DNA of 40,000 bases. Origin: Clostridia bacterium (GTDB taxonomy: Bacteria; Bacillota; Clostridia; Christensenellales; Christensenellaceae). The stretch is from the NCBI GenBank assembly GCA_017439085.1, contig JAFRTU010000016.1, positions 86,059-126,058 on the forward strand, written 5' to 3'. Position numbers and translations under genes: made by a program. The notes under the pieces were generated by a model. The model had not been told where the DNA came from. It ran no database searches and was given only the letters and a program-made list of their open reading frames with translations. Positions within the stretch are counted from its first letter, which is position 1. Each line of letters begins with the position of its first letter. Shown one piece after another: positions 6,907 through 16,766 of this stretch.

Positions 6907-8460
6907 ATGAGAAGCAGCGGTGTGTTACTACCTGTTTTTTCTTTACCCAGCGAATACGGCATTGGATGTTTTTCGAAGGCGGCCTATGCATTCATAGATC
7001 AGCTTTACATGGCAAGGCAGTCCTACTGGCAGATACTTCCGTTAGGTCCGGCCTCAGAGGACAATTCTCCGTATGATCCCATGTCCAGTTTTGCGGGAAA
7101 TCCCATATACATCGATCTTGTGACCCTTGTACAGCAGCATCTCCTGAAGGAATCCGAGATCAGCGCTGCGAGAGTCAGGAGCACTGATGAGGCCTATGGA
7201 CGTCATATCGATTACAACAGGATCAAGAAGATCAGGATATCCCTTCTTAAACTCGCCTCTTCGAGGTTCGTTGCCGATGAGCCTTATCTGGAGTTCTGTG
7301 AACAGAACCGTTACTGGCTCGAGGATACCGCTCTCTTCTATGCCCTCTCAGAGAACTTCGGTACTGCTGACTGGAGAAAATGGCCGAAAGATATAAGAGA
7401 CCGTGAGCCTGCGGCTCTAATCTACTACACCAACTACCTCACAGATGACTATCAGTATTTCAAATGGACCCAGTATGAGTTCTTCAGACAATGGAAGGAC
7501 ATCCTTTCATATGCCCACAAAAGAGGCATCAGGATCATAGGAGACATGCCCATATATACCTCCAGGGACGGAGCAGATGTATGGGCACACAGAGAACTGT
7601 TCCAGCTTGATGAGGAAGGTTATCCGATTGCGGTCTCGGGCTGTCCTCCGGATGCCTTTGCCAAAGACGGCCAGAAGTGGGACAATCCTCTTTACAGATG
7701 GAATGATAAAAAGGAAGAACTGTTCAGATGGTGGTCGGTAAGGATCAGCAAGAACTTCGAGATGTTCGATATACTGAGGATCGATCACTTCAGAGGCCTG
7801 CAGGGATACTTCTCCATACCTCCTTTGGATAAGAATGCGCTTAACGGGCACTGGGAGCCCGGTCCGGGGATAGAACTGTTCAGATATCTCGACAGGACGA
7901 TAGGAAAGCATGAATACTTTGCTGAGGATCTGGGAGTCATAACCGATGACGTAAGGACTCTCCTTTCACAGACCGGATATCCCGGAATGAAGGTGCTCCA
8001 GTTTGCATTCGACAGCGATGAATCGAACCCTTATCTTCCCCATAACTATTCTGAGAACTGCGTCGTATATACGGGCACACATGACAACGATACTCTGAAA
8101 GGATGGTACCGAAGTCTCGTGGACTACAAAGTTAGGTTCGTGGACTGGTATCTTGCCACGAATCTTCCGGAGGAGACTGAGTATTTCAGAAACAGAGACG
8201 GAACAGGAAAGAATCCCGTGGATCCCGAAAGCCCTTATTGTTCGGATAATATCTGCGAGGCCATGATAGATCTTGCATACGCCAGCAAAGCCGAGATCTG
8301 CATAATCCCGATGCAGGACTATATGTCCCTTGACTCGGAGGCCAGGATCAACGTTCCGTCTGTCACCAAGGGCAACTGGACCTGGCAGATGCCTTCAGCC
8401 ATCACCAACGAGATGAGCCTGAGAATGGCGCGTCTCGTACAGAAATACGACAGGATATGA
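6907..8460 (+). CDS. malQ: 4-alpha-glucanotransferase (amylomaltase, GH77)
   Basis: SGVLLPVFSLPSEYGIG N-terminus, IIGDMPIY, LRIDHFRG and YTGTHDNDT motifs. ATG at 6907 with GAGGAAAAG upstream. The ORF-track start at 6874 is a TTG without an SD. Confidence 0.9.
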   Translation: MRSSGVLLPVFSLPSEYGIGCFSKAAYAFIDQLYMARQSYWQILPLGPASEDNSPYDPMSSFAGNPIYIDLVTLVQQHLLKESEISAARVRSTDEAYGRHIDYNRIKKIRISLLKLASSRFVADEPYLEFCEQNRYWLEDTALFYALSENFGTADWRKWPKDIRDREPAALIYYTNYLTDDYQYFKWTQYEFFRQWKDILSYAHKRGIRIIGDMPIYTSRDGADVWAHRELFQLDEEGYPIAVSGCPPDAFAKDGQKWDNPLYRWNDKKEELFRWWSVRISKNFEMFDILRIDHFRGLQGYFSIPPLDKNALNGHWEPGPGIELFRYLDRTIGKHEYFAEDLGVITDDVRTLLSQTGYPGMKVLQFAFDSDESNPYLPHNYSENCVVYTGTHDNDTLKGWYRSLVDYKVRFVDWYLATNLPEETEYFRNRDGTGKNPVDPESPYCSDNICEAMIDLAYASKAEICIIPMQDYMSLDSEARINVPSVTKGNWTWQMPSAITNEMSLRMARLVQKYDRI

Positions 8461-8493
8461 AAAAGCGGTGAGCACGGCTCACCGCTTTTTTTT
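8461..8493. terminator. Bidirectional intrinsic terminator between convergent malQ and pgm
   Basis: GCGGTGAGC (8465-8473) / GCTCACCGC (8477-8485), flanked by AAAA on the left and T8 on the right. Confidence 0.85.
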
Positions 8494-8528
8494 ATTGCCT
8501 TTTCATGCCCTTCCGGGCACTTTTCCCG

Positions 8529-10256
8529 TCAGATGTTCAGGAGTTCTTCTCCGGTAGCGATAACTCCCTCGAGCCTTGCCATGGACTCTTCCTTTTCAGG
8601 TGCCTGTACCATCACATAGAGCTTTATCTTCGGCTCGGTACCTGAAGGACGTATGATCGCCTTGCAGTCGTCCTCGAGATCGAAGTATAAAACGTCGCTC
8701 TTCGGCAGTCCCGTACCGCACTTTTCACCTGTAGCGGTATCTGTGACTTCGCCGCTCTTGTAGTCTCTTATCTTAAGCACCTTGAGTCCGCCGAATTCCT
8801 TCGGAGGATTCTCCCTTATCTCTGCCATCCTCTTAGCCATCCTCTCGGGTCCGTCGAATCCCTCAACTGTGTGGGAGATGACCTTCTCGGAGAAATAGCC
8901 GTACTCAGCGAACAGATCCTGCATTGCCTGATACATGTTCTTTCCCTTCGTCTTGTACCAGCATGCCATCTCGGCAATGAGCATGGAAGCCACGACGGCA
9001 TCCTTGTCCCTTGCATAGGTTCCTGCAAGATAACCGTTGGATTCCTCAAATCCGAATAGATATGTGTATTCTCCCGTCTGCTCGAATTCCTTTATCTTCT
9101 CACCTATGAACTTGAAGCCGGTGAGGGTCTCGAACATAGTGATGCCGTTCACCTCGCATATCCTGTTTGCCATAATGGAGGAGACTATGCTCTTAACGAC
9201 AGCGCTGTTGGGGGCCAGCGTTCCACTCTCCTTCTTGGCCTTGATGAGATAGTCGAGGAGCAGCACTCCTATCTGGTTTCCTGTAAGCGTCTCATACCTG
9301 TCACCGTTTTTCACGCAGATACCTGCCCTGTCTCCGTCAGGGTCTGTACCTATTATGAGGTCGACGTCGTTCTTCTTGGCCATATCTATGGCAAGTGCGA
9401 ATCCTTCAACGTATTCAGGGTTCGGAGAAACGACAGTCGGGAAGTTTCCGTCTATCACCATCTGCTCCGGTACCGTGAGGACATGCTTCATTCCGAGCCT
9501 CTTAAGTACTTCGGGGATCAGTATGTATCCGGTCCCGTGGAAAGGAGTATAGATTATGGAGAAATCGTCTGCCACTTCGTCGACGTATTTCTTTCCTACG
9601 GACTGGGCCATGACGTTCTCGAGATACTTCTCGTCCATCTCTTCTCCGAGCATGGTGACGAATCCCCTGTCGCATGCTTCCTTGAAATCCATGGTCTTTA
9701 CGTCATCGAATATGTCGATCTTTGCAAGTCTGTCGGATATCTGCTTTGCATGCTCAGGCGGGAGCTGTGCTCCGTCGGACCAATATACCTTGTATCCGTT
9801 GTACTCCTTGGTGTTGTGTGAGGCAGTTATGTTTATGCCTGCGATGGATCCCATCTCTCTGAGTGCGAATGAGAGTTCAGGGGTCGGTCTCAGGTCCTCG
9901 AATGTATTCACGTGGATGCCGTTGGCAGCGAGCACTCCTGCCGCCTCTCTGGCATATAGCTTGCTGTTGTTCCTGCTGTCGAATATGATGGTCACTCCGC
10001 CTGACTTATCCTCTCCGCACGAATTGATGAGATCGGCGACTCCCTGGGTGGCGTATCTGACCACATATACGTTCATTCCGTTGATCCCCGCAAGCATCTT
10101 GCCTCTGAGTCCCGCGGTACCGAAGTCTATGAGTTTCGAGAAACGGCCGGCGATCTCTTTCTCGTCGTCCTTTATCGCAAGAAGCTCTGCCTTTGTGGCC
10201 TCGTCTACCTTGGGGCTTTTAAGCCACTTTTCATAGTTATCAAAAAATACGCTCAT
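8529..10256 (-). CDS. pgcA: Phosphoglucomutase / phospho-sugar mutase (alpha-D-phosphohexomutase family, PgcA-like)
   Basis: 575 aa. Active-site loop TASHNTKEYNGYK, metal loop GTDPDGDR and sugar loop GFEESNGY. GAGGAGAGG SD. Confidence 0.88.
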   Translation of the reverse strand: MSVFFDNYEKWLKSPKVDEATKAELLAIKDDEKEIAGRFSKLIDFGTAGLRGKMLAGINGMNVYVVRYATQGVADLINSCGEDKSGGVTIIFDSRNNSKLYAREAAGVLAANGIHVNTFEDLRPTPELSFALREMGSIAGINITASHNTKEYNGYKVYWSDGAQLPPEHAKQISDRLAKIDIFDDVKTMDFKEACDRGFVTMLGEEMDEKYLENVMAQSVGKKYVDEVADDFSIIYTPFHGTGYILIPEVLKRLGMKHVLTVPEQMVIDGNFPTVVSPNPEYVEGFALAIDMAKKNDVDLIIGTDPDGDRAGICVKNGDRYETLTGNQIGVLLLDYLIKAKKESGTLAPNSAVVKSIVSSIMANRICEVNGITMFETLTGFKFIGEKIKEFEQTGEYTYLFGFEESNGYLAGTYARDKDAVVASMLIAEMACWYKTKGKNMYQAMQDLFAEYGYFSEKVISHTVEGFDGPERMAKRMAEIRENPPKEFGGLKVLKIRDYKSGEVTDTATGEKCGTGLPKSDVLYFDLEDDCKAIIRPSGTEPKIKLYVMVQAPEKEESMARLEGVIATGEELLNI

Positions 10257-10275
10257 ATATACCTCTCCTCTTTAT

Positions 10276-12138
10276 TTATACCATTTTTAAAACCAGTATC
10301 TCGTCCGGGAACAGAACCGCTCTGTCCTTATAGAACTCACCGGAATAAAATTCTCTCCATGAACCGGGGATGTCCAGGAACTTGGTGTTCTGACCCAGGT
10401 TCGCGACCGTAATGATGGTCTCTTCTTCGTTATAGCGCATGAATCCGTATGCGCCTTCATCGCACAGCACGGTCCTGTATCCACCGTCAGCATATACGCT
10501 GTGCCTCTTTCTGAAATGTATCGCTCTCTTGTACCAGTCAAGGAGATTCAGATCCTCAAATCCCCACGGGAAGCATCTCCTGTTGAAGGGATCCGCATGT
10601 CCCTGCATGCCGACCTCGTCCGCATAATATATACACGGGACTCCGGGTAAGGTCACGAGGAACATGAGCGCAGTCTTAAGCAGTTTCTTTCCCCGTTCAT
10701 ATTCTTCCGGTGAGAGCATATCCCATGCAAGGAACTCCCTCGAGACATACTGTCCCCTGTTCTTTCCTCCAAGAGCTGTCAGGATCCTTACCGTGTCATG
10801 GGTGCCGAGGCTGTTCATGAGACAGTCCGTGACGTCCTTGGGATAGTTCTCCACTATCATCTCCACCGTGTCCTTCAGATTCCTCGCGTTCCCGTTCTTG
10901 ACGAAATCTATGAGTGCATCCTTGAAGGGATAATTCATCACCGAGTCGAGCCTGTTGCCCTGGAAATAGTTCTTCCTCTCACTGTAAGAAGTCTTGTTGG
11001 AGGCATCCTCCCAGACCTCACCGATAATTATCGCATCTTCTCTCTCAGCCTTTATGGCGTTGCATAGCCTGTCGATGAAATAGTTCGGCAGTTCGTCCAC
11101 CACATCGAGTCTCCATCCGCTGGCGCCCTGTCTGATCCAGTACCTTGCGACACCGTTTTCTCCGCAGATGAAGTCTATGAAGTCCTCATTGTATTTATTG
11201 ACCCTTGGAAGAGTATCTATGCCCCACCAGGTCTCGTAACTCTCGTTTGCATGGAAATAGTACCAGTCCCTGTATCTGGAAGACGGGTTCCTGTATGCTC
11301 CACCCTGGTTATAATGATGATACTTGTCAAAGTATATGGAGTCGGAGCCCGTATGAGAGAACACACCGTCCAGAATTATGGATATGTTCTTTTCCTTTGC
11401 TCTTGAGCAGAGTTCCCTGAAGTCCTCGAGAGTACCGAACATGGGATCTATCTTGAAATAGTCTCCCGTGTCGTATTTATGGTTGGAGAAAGCTTCGAAT
11501 ATGGGGCTCAGGTATATGCACGTTATACCAAGCGACTCAAGGTATGGCAGTTTCTTGATTATGCCCCTGAGATTCCCTCCGAAAAAGTCGTTGTTCTGTA
11601 TGATGCCGAACTGATCGGGCCTGTACTCGGGGATCCCTCCCCAGTCGGTCCTGTTGATCTTGCCCGGCATCTCCACTCTCTCGCTGCCGTCATTGCTGAA
11701 CCTGTCCACGAAGATATGATAGAATATACCGCCCTTTATGAATTCGGGCACCTTATATTCCCTCTTATAGACCACCTGCTGCCACGGTCCCTTCTCATCC
11801 CCCGCTATCACGGCATTGTTGTCGGGATCGGATTTTCTGATCTTCAGCCTTCCCGTCGAATTGCTGAACTCGAACCAGTACCAGTATAGTCCTCTGTCAT
11901 ATATGGGAACGCTGACGGTGTATTCCACATATCCGTCAGCATAAAAGTCCTGTTTTGTCATCCTGTAGCTGGCGCCGGTCTGATTGCTGTCATAGACAAC
12001 AATCAGATCGACATCCCACGCCTCGAGCGTGGCCAGCAGCTTCAGGTTGTATGTGATTTCAGTCCCTGATTCCACCGCACCGGTCGGACACTTGTACGAA
12101 GCATCCCTTGAATCAAAGATCACTTCCTGAAAAGCCAT
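10276..12138 (-). CDS. GH13 alpha-amylase-family glycosidase (neopullulanase/cyclomaltodextrinase-like, N-terminal beta-sandwich domain)
   Basis: GH13 regions I-IV are present: DGVFSHTG, GWRLDVVDE, IIGEVWED and LGTHDT. Substrate specificity cannot be assigned from sequence alone. Confidence 0.8.
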   Translation of the reverse strand: MAFQEVIFDSRDASYKCPTGAVESGTEITYNLKLLATLEAWDVDLIVVYDSNQTGASYRMTKQDFYADGYVEYTVSVPIYDRGLYWYWFEFSNSTGRLKIRKSDPDNNAVIAGDEKGPWQQVVYKREYKVPEFIKGGIFYHIFVDRFSNDGSERVEMPGKINRTDWGGIPEYRPDQFGIIQNNDFFGGNLRGIIKKLPYLESLGITCIYLSPIFEAFSNHKYDTGDYFKIDPMFGTLEDFRELCSRAKEKNISIILDGVFSHTGSDSIYFDKYHHYNQGGAYRNPSSRYRDWYYFHANESYETWWGIDTLPRVNKYNEDFIDFICGENGVARYWIRQGASGWRLDVVDELPNYFIDRLCNAIKAEREDAIIIGEVWEDASNKTSYSERKNYFQGNRLDSVMNYPFKDALIDFVKNGNARNLKDTVEMIVENYPKDVTDCLMNSLGTHDTVRILTALGGKNRGQYVSREFLAWDMLSPEEYERGKKLLKTALMFLVTLPGVPCIYYADEVGMQGHADPFNRRCFPWGFEDLNLLDWYKRAIHFRKRHSVYADGGYRTVLCDEGAYGFMRYNEEETIITVANLGQNTKFLDIPGSWREFYSGEFYKDRAVLFPDEILVLKMV

Positions 12139-12164
12139 TTATTTCCTTTTATCCTTCCAGACCG

Positions 12165-13289
12165 TCAGATGATGGAATTCCTCTTGCAGTAGAACGGATG
12201 CGTGATATATCCGGAAAGCCATCTGTTGTCTTCGATCGTAACGTTCTTGTCCAGGACAGCATAATTGATCCTGGCTCCTTTTGAGATATGAGTGTCGGTC
12301 ATTATGACACTGTTCTCCACTACAGCACCTTCTTCGATATGGACGTTTCTGAATATGATGCAGTTCCTGACCTCTCCCTCTATGACCGAACCGTCGGCTA
12401 TGATGGAATTGGTGACCTTTGCGTTCTCTCCGTATTTTGTCGGAGAACTGTCCATGACTCTTGTGAGGATAGGTCTGTCATCATTGGAGAAGAAGGCATT
12501 CCTCACATCCTTGTCCAGGAGGCTTAAACTTCCCTTGAGGTAGTTCGTGATCTCGTCGATGTGGATGATGGGACTCTTTGCCTCATATCCGTTTGCCTCT
12601 CCCTTTTCGATCATAGGCCTTATCACTTCTCTTCTGAAGCTCTTCTTTCCGCTCCTGAAGGCCTTGAACAGGATGTCCATGAGGTCCTCTCTCTCCATGA
12701 TGTACGTGTTGAGGGAGGTGTATGCGCCTTTTGGCCTTGTGTTGGAGATCTCCTGCTTCGTGACCTTGTCGCCGTCGCCTATTCTTACATATGTGCTTTC
12801 GGTCTTGGTGGTCTTCTCTATATCTTTCTTGGTGTACATGACGCTCAGCCTTGCTCCGCTTGCCACATGTGCACGGTAGAATGCCTCGATGTCCTCATTC
12901 CAGATATAATCGCATCCGGTGATGATCACGTATTTCTCATGCAGATAGCGCAGATAGGAGATGTTTGCCACAAGTCCTTCCAGTCTGTTCTCATAGCTCT
13001 CTGTCTCGCTCGTAGCTGCAGTTGAAAAAGGAGGAAGTATGGTAAGACCAGTAAATCTTCTGTTGAGGTCCCACTCGTCTCCGCCTCTCACATGGTCCAT
13101 GAGGCTCTGATAGTTCTTCTTGGTTATGACACCTATATTCTTGACGCCGGCATTCGTAAGATTGGAAAGAGGAAAGTCGATAAGACGATATCTTCCTCCA
13201 AATGGAATCGATGCCAGAGTACGTCTTTCGATCATATCATCGATATCAACATCGAATCCGTCTGTAAATATCAATCCAACAGCGTTCAT
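12165..13289 (-). CDS. glgD: Glucose-1-phosphate adenylyltransferase, GlgD subunit
   Basis: 374 aa, paralogous to GlgC ([14 protein letters not shown]) but without the GGxGxRL loop. It has a left-handed beta-helix C-terminus and an ATGA overlap with the glgC stop (13286-13289). Confidence 0.88.
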   Translation of the reverse strand: MNAVGLIFTDGFDVDIDDMIERRTLASIPFGGRYRLIDFPLSNLTNAGVKNIGVITKKNYQSLMDHVRGGDEWDLNRRFTGLTILPPFSTAATSETESYENRLEGLVANISYLRYLHEKYVIITGCDYIWNEDIEAFYRAHVASGARLSVMYTKKDIEKTTKTESTYVRIGDGDKVTKQEISNTRPKGAYTSLNTYIMEREDLMDILFKAFRSGKKSFRREVIRPMIEKGEANGYEAKSPIIHIDEITNYLKGSLSLLDKDVRNAFFSNDDRPILTRVMDSSPTKYGENAKVTNSIIADGSVIEGEVRNCIIFRNVHIEEGAVVENSVIMTDTHISKGARINYAVLDKNVTIEDNRWLSGYITHPFYCKRNSII

Positions 13290-14497
13290 TTTGTCTCCTC
13301 CTCTTCTTCAGGTTTCGTGAGGATGTCTCCCTGCTTCACTCTTCCTTTTTTCCTGACCTTGATGCCCTTGGCAATTACGGAGAGCTTGCCGTTTTCCCTC
13401 GGACCTCCGACATTTGCTTCGCTTCCTATCGTCACGTCGGAATCGATGATGGCATATTCAACATATGCTCCTGCCCCTATCTTCACGTTGTCCATGATTA
13501 TGGAGTCCTTTACGAACGCTCCTTCCTCCACGGTAACGTTATTGAAGAGCACTGAATGCTCTATCTTTCCGTTGATATCGCAGGCACCGCCTATTATGGA
13601 ATTTTTGGGTTCGCCCTTTTCTCCGATGTACTGAGGCTGGTTGCTGTCATGTCTGTAATAGATCCTCCAGCCCGGATCGTTAAGTATGAGTTTCTCGGGT
13701 TCATCCTCCGGCATGCCTATGGCATCCATGTTTGCGGACCAGAAGGAATCGAGAGTTCCTACGTCTCTCCAGTATCCCTTGAACAGATGAGCAAACATCC
13801 TCTGTCCGTCGTCCAGCATCTTCGGAATTATGTTCTTTCCGAAGTCATTGGATGAACTCTTGTCGTTTTCGTCTTCGATCAGGTACTTTATAAGCTTGTC
13901 CGTGGAGAATATATATACTCCCATGGAAGCCTGCGTGCTCTTCGGATGCTTCGGTTTCTCTTCGAACTCAATGATACGGCCTTTTCCGTCCGTATTCATG
14001 ATACCGAACCTTGATGCTTCCTCAAGTGGCACGTCTATGACTGCTATCGTGCAGTCAGCCCTGTTATTGATGTGTTCTTCCAGCATCTTGTCATAGTTCA
14101 TCTTATAGATGTGGTCTCCTGACAGGATGAGGACATAGTCAGGATCATATCTCTGTATGAACCTGATGTTCTGATAGATCGCGTTCGCGGTCCCCTTGAA
14201 CCAGTCTGAACCTTCCGCTGCCTGATACGGAGGAAGGACATGTACACCGCCGTACCTGAGGTTCATGTCCCAGGGGGTCCCGGTGCCCAGATAGTCGTTG
14301 AGCTCAAGAGGCTGATACTGTGTTAGAACACCTACCGTATCGATGCCGGAGTTCACGCAGTTCGAGAGCGGGAAATCGATGATACGATATCTGGATCCGA
14401 ACGGAACGGCCGGCTTGGCGATGTGTTCCGTGAGCGGCATGAGCCTGCTGCCCTGGCCTCCTGCCAGCAGCATTGCTATGCATCTTTTTTTCTTCAT
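13286..14497 (-). CDS. glgC: Glucose-1-phosphate adenylyltransferase, catalytic subunit
   Basis: [28 protein letters not shown] and WFKGTANA motifs. ATGA overlap with the glgB stop (14494-14497). Confidence 0.92.
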   Translation of the reverse strand: MKKKRCIAMLLAGGQGSRLMPLTEHIAKPAVPFGSRYRIIDFPLSNCVNSGIDTVGVLTQYQPLELNDYLGTGTPWDMNLRYGGVHVLPPYQAAEGSDWFKGTANAIYQNIRFIQRYDPDYVLILSGDHIYKMNYDKMLEEHINNRADCTIAVIDVPLEEASRFGIMNTDGKGRIIEFEEKPKHPKSTQASMGVYIFSTDKLIKYLIEDENDKSSSNDFGKNIIPKMLDDGQRMFAHLFKGYWRDVGTLDSFWSANMDAIGMPEDEPEKLILNDPGWRIYYRHDSNQPQYIGEKGEPKNSIIGGACDINGKIEHSVLFNNVTVEEGAFVKDSIIMDNVKIGAGAYVEYAIIDSDVTIGSEANVGGPRENGKLSVIAKGIKVRKKGRVKQGDILTKPEEEEETK

Positions 14498-16413
14498 TTA
14501 CTAGACTCCTTCCCAGAGATAAGAATTATGCCTGAACGTGCCGGCAGCGGTATGGTTATATGCTGCTCAAAACCGTTGACGTCACCCTTCTTTACCCTAT
14601 AACTGATAGCTTTTCTTATTCCTCTGCCGCCGTAGCAGCCAAAATCGGAATCAATTATGCATCTATAATACGGAGCTTCAGGAACTCCGATATCATACTC
14701 CTCAAAATCGAGGCCCGAGAGGTTGAGTGCTATGAGCACCTTTTCTCTCTTCTTGTACGGGTCTTCCCTGTAATAGGTGTACACGCTGTCCCTGTAGTTG
14801 TCGGCATCGATCCATCTGAATCCGTCCCATGTGTCGTCTCCGCTCCACAGCTGGGGCAGAGCCTGATAGAGCCTGTTAAGGTCATGTACGAAATCGTGGA
14901 GCTTCTTATGCTTGTCATAATCGAGGAGCAGCCAGTCGAGCCCCTGTGCCTCGTTCCACTCTATGAACTGGCCGAACTCATTTCCCATGAAGGAGAGCTT
15001 CTTTCCCGGATGGGTCATGAAGTAAACGAAGAAGCTCCTTACGCCGTCAAACTTCTCATCGTAATTGCCCGGCATCTTGTCAAGGAGCGATCTCTTCATG
15101 TGCACCACCTCGTCATGGGAGATCGGAAGAATGAAGTTCTCGCTGTGTGCATACGTCATGGCGAACGTGAGCTGATTATGATGAGCTCCTCTCCAGAGAG
15201 GATCGTTCTTGAAATAGTCGAGAGTATCGTTCATCCAGCCCATGTTCCACTTGTAGTTGAAACCGAGGCCTCCGTCCTTCGGAGGCTTTGTGACCATCGG
15301 CCATGCCGTCGATTCCTCAGCTATGGTGAGCACTCCCGGGAAATTCGAAAGGATGTATTCGTTCATCTTCCTTAGGAAATGTATGGCCTCTATGTTCTCT
15401 CTTCCGCCATACTGGTTCTGCTGCCATTCTCCGTCTTTTCTGTCATAATCGAGATACAGCATTGCAGCTATGGCATCGACCCTTAGGCCGTCTATATGGT
15501 ACTGTTCGCAGAAGAACTGTGCATTCGAGATGAGGAAGCAAAGGACTTCCGGCCGTCCGAAATCGAAGGCTCTCGTGCCCCAGCCCTTGTGTTCCATCCT
15601 AAACGGGTTGCTGTCCTCATAGAGCGGTTCCCCGTCGAAATTGATGAGCCCCTGGGAATCCTTCGGGAAGTGGGCAGGCACCCAGTCCATGATCACTCCG
15701 ATGCCCTCCTGATGTGCTTTGTCGACAAAATATCTGAAATCATCCGGAGTCCCGTACCTGGATGTCACGCTGTAGTATCCGGTCACCTGATATCCCCATG
15801 AGGGATCAAAGGGATATTCCGTAACAGGCAGTATCTCGATATGGGTGTATCCCATCTCCTTTGCATACGGTATGAGCTCTTCGGCAAGATCATGATATGA
15901 ATAGTAGGAACCGTCAAAATGTCTCTTCCAGGATCCGAGATGCACTTCATAGATGTTCATCGGAGATCTGTAGGAATCCGTCTTCTTCCTCTGGGCAAGC
16001 CACTTAGCATCCTTCCACTCATATGAGCTCTCCCTTGCCGATACTCTTGAAGCCATCTGGTTCTGTTCTGTCATAGGGCCCTTTTCCGTTTCAAGGGCAT
16101 ATGGGTCGGATTTATACGTGATATTCCCGTAAACGTCTTCCACGACGAACTTATAGATGTCTCCGATCCCCATTCCGGGTACCGTGACCTCCCAGATAGT
16201 GCTGTCGTCAGGCAGTCTCTTGAAAGGATCTGCGTGGATGTCCCAGCCGTTCTGATTGCATACGAGCGAAATGGATCTGGCCCTCGGAGCCCAGACTCTG
16301 AAAAGCACTCCTCCGTCTATCGGAAAAGCACCAAGGAACTTATAGCTCTGAAAGTTCTCTCCCTGATGAAAGAGATACTTCTGGTATGAAATGTCGTTCA
16401 CATAGTCTTCCAT
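14494..16413 (-). CDS. glgB: 1,4-alpha-glucan branching enzyme (GH13_9)
   Basis: [28 protein letters not shown] and ISHDEVVH motifs. ATG at 16413 preceded by GGGGGAA. The ORF-track start at 16428 is a TTG inside that SD. Confidence 0.92.
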   Translation of the reverse strand: MEDYVNDISYQKYLFHQGENFQSYKFLGAFPIDGGVLFRVWAPRARSISLVCNQNGWDIHADPFKRLPDDSTIWEVTVPGMGIGDIYKFVVEDVYGNITYKSDPYALETEKGPMTEQNQMASRVSARESSYEWKDAKWLAQRKKTDSYRSPMNIYEVHLGSWKRHFDGSYYSYHDLAEELIPYAKEMGYTHIEILPVTEYPFDPSWGYQVTGYYSVTSRYGTPDDFRYFVDKAHQEGIGVIMDWVPAHFPKDSQGLINFDGEPLYEDSNPFRMEHKGWGTRAFDFGRPEVLCFLISNAQFFCEQYHIDGLRVDAIAAMLYLDYDRKDGEWQQNQYGGRENIEAIHFLRKMNEYILSNFPGVLTIAEESTAWPMVTKPPKDGGLGFNYKWNMGWMNDTLDYFKNDPLWRGAHHNQLTFAMTYAHSENFILPISHDEVVHMKRSLLDKMPGNYDEKFDGVRSFFVYFMTHPGKKLSFMGNEFGQFIEWNEAQGLDWLLLDYDKHKKLHDFVHDLNRLYQALPQLWSGDDTWDGFRWIDADNYRDSVYTYYREDPYKKREKVLIALNLSGLDFEEYDIGVPEAPYYRCIIDSDFGCYGGRGIRKAISYRVKKGDVNGFEQHITIPLPARSGIILISGKESSK

Positions 16414-16508
16414 ACAAATTTCCCCCAAAGTATGAATATATATGATAACGAGTTATTGAATTTTCGTCAGAGCAAACAGGATGCTCTGAAATGATCATCA
16501 TCGTTATA

Positions 16509-16538
16509 ATTATAATCTATCGGAGGAATTGAATTCAA
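16509..16538 (-). promoter_or_regulatory. Candidate glgBCD-operon promoter
   Basis: On the minus strand: TTGAAT (16533-16538), 18-bp spacer, TATAAT (16509-16514). The -10 lies within the palindrome ATTATAAT, which also reads as TATAAT on the plus strand. Confidence 0.35.
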
Positions 16539-16701
16539 CAACATAGTATCACTGATGGACACTTAAGGTGCATTCTTAGGATCACTTTCCCTTTCTTCAG
16601 CAGGAGGAGACGGAAAAAGCCTATTAAAGGCGTCATCATGACATTATCTTGTATGGAAAACACCTTTTTCCCTTCATACTATACTTTCCGTTGCGTATCT
16701 G

Positions 16702-16730
16702 TTCAGAAATGGCCTTTTATATGTTATAAT
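16702..16730 (+). promoter_or_regulatory. Candidate glgA-glgP promoter with extended -10
   Basis: TTCAGA (16702-16707), 17-bp spacer, TATAAT (16725-16730) preceded by TGT (TGTTATAAT). It sits about 35 nt upstream of the glgA ATG. Confidence 0.45.
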
Positions 16731-16766
16731 TCCAATGAAAAAATCTTTTTAAGGAAAGGTATCAAT

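Noticed and set aside
16441-16460. cre-like (CcpA) site around TGATAACGAGTTAT upstream of glgB
   Set aside because: It mismatches the TGWAANCGNTNWCA consensus at several core positions when aligned by hand.
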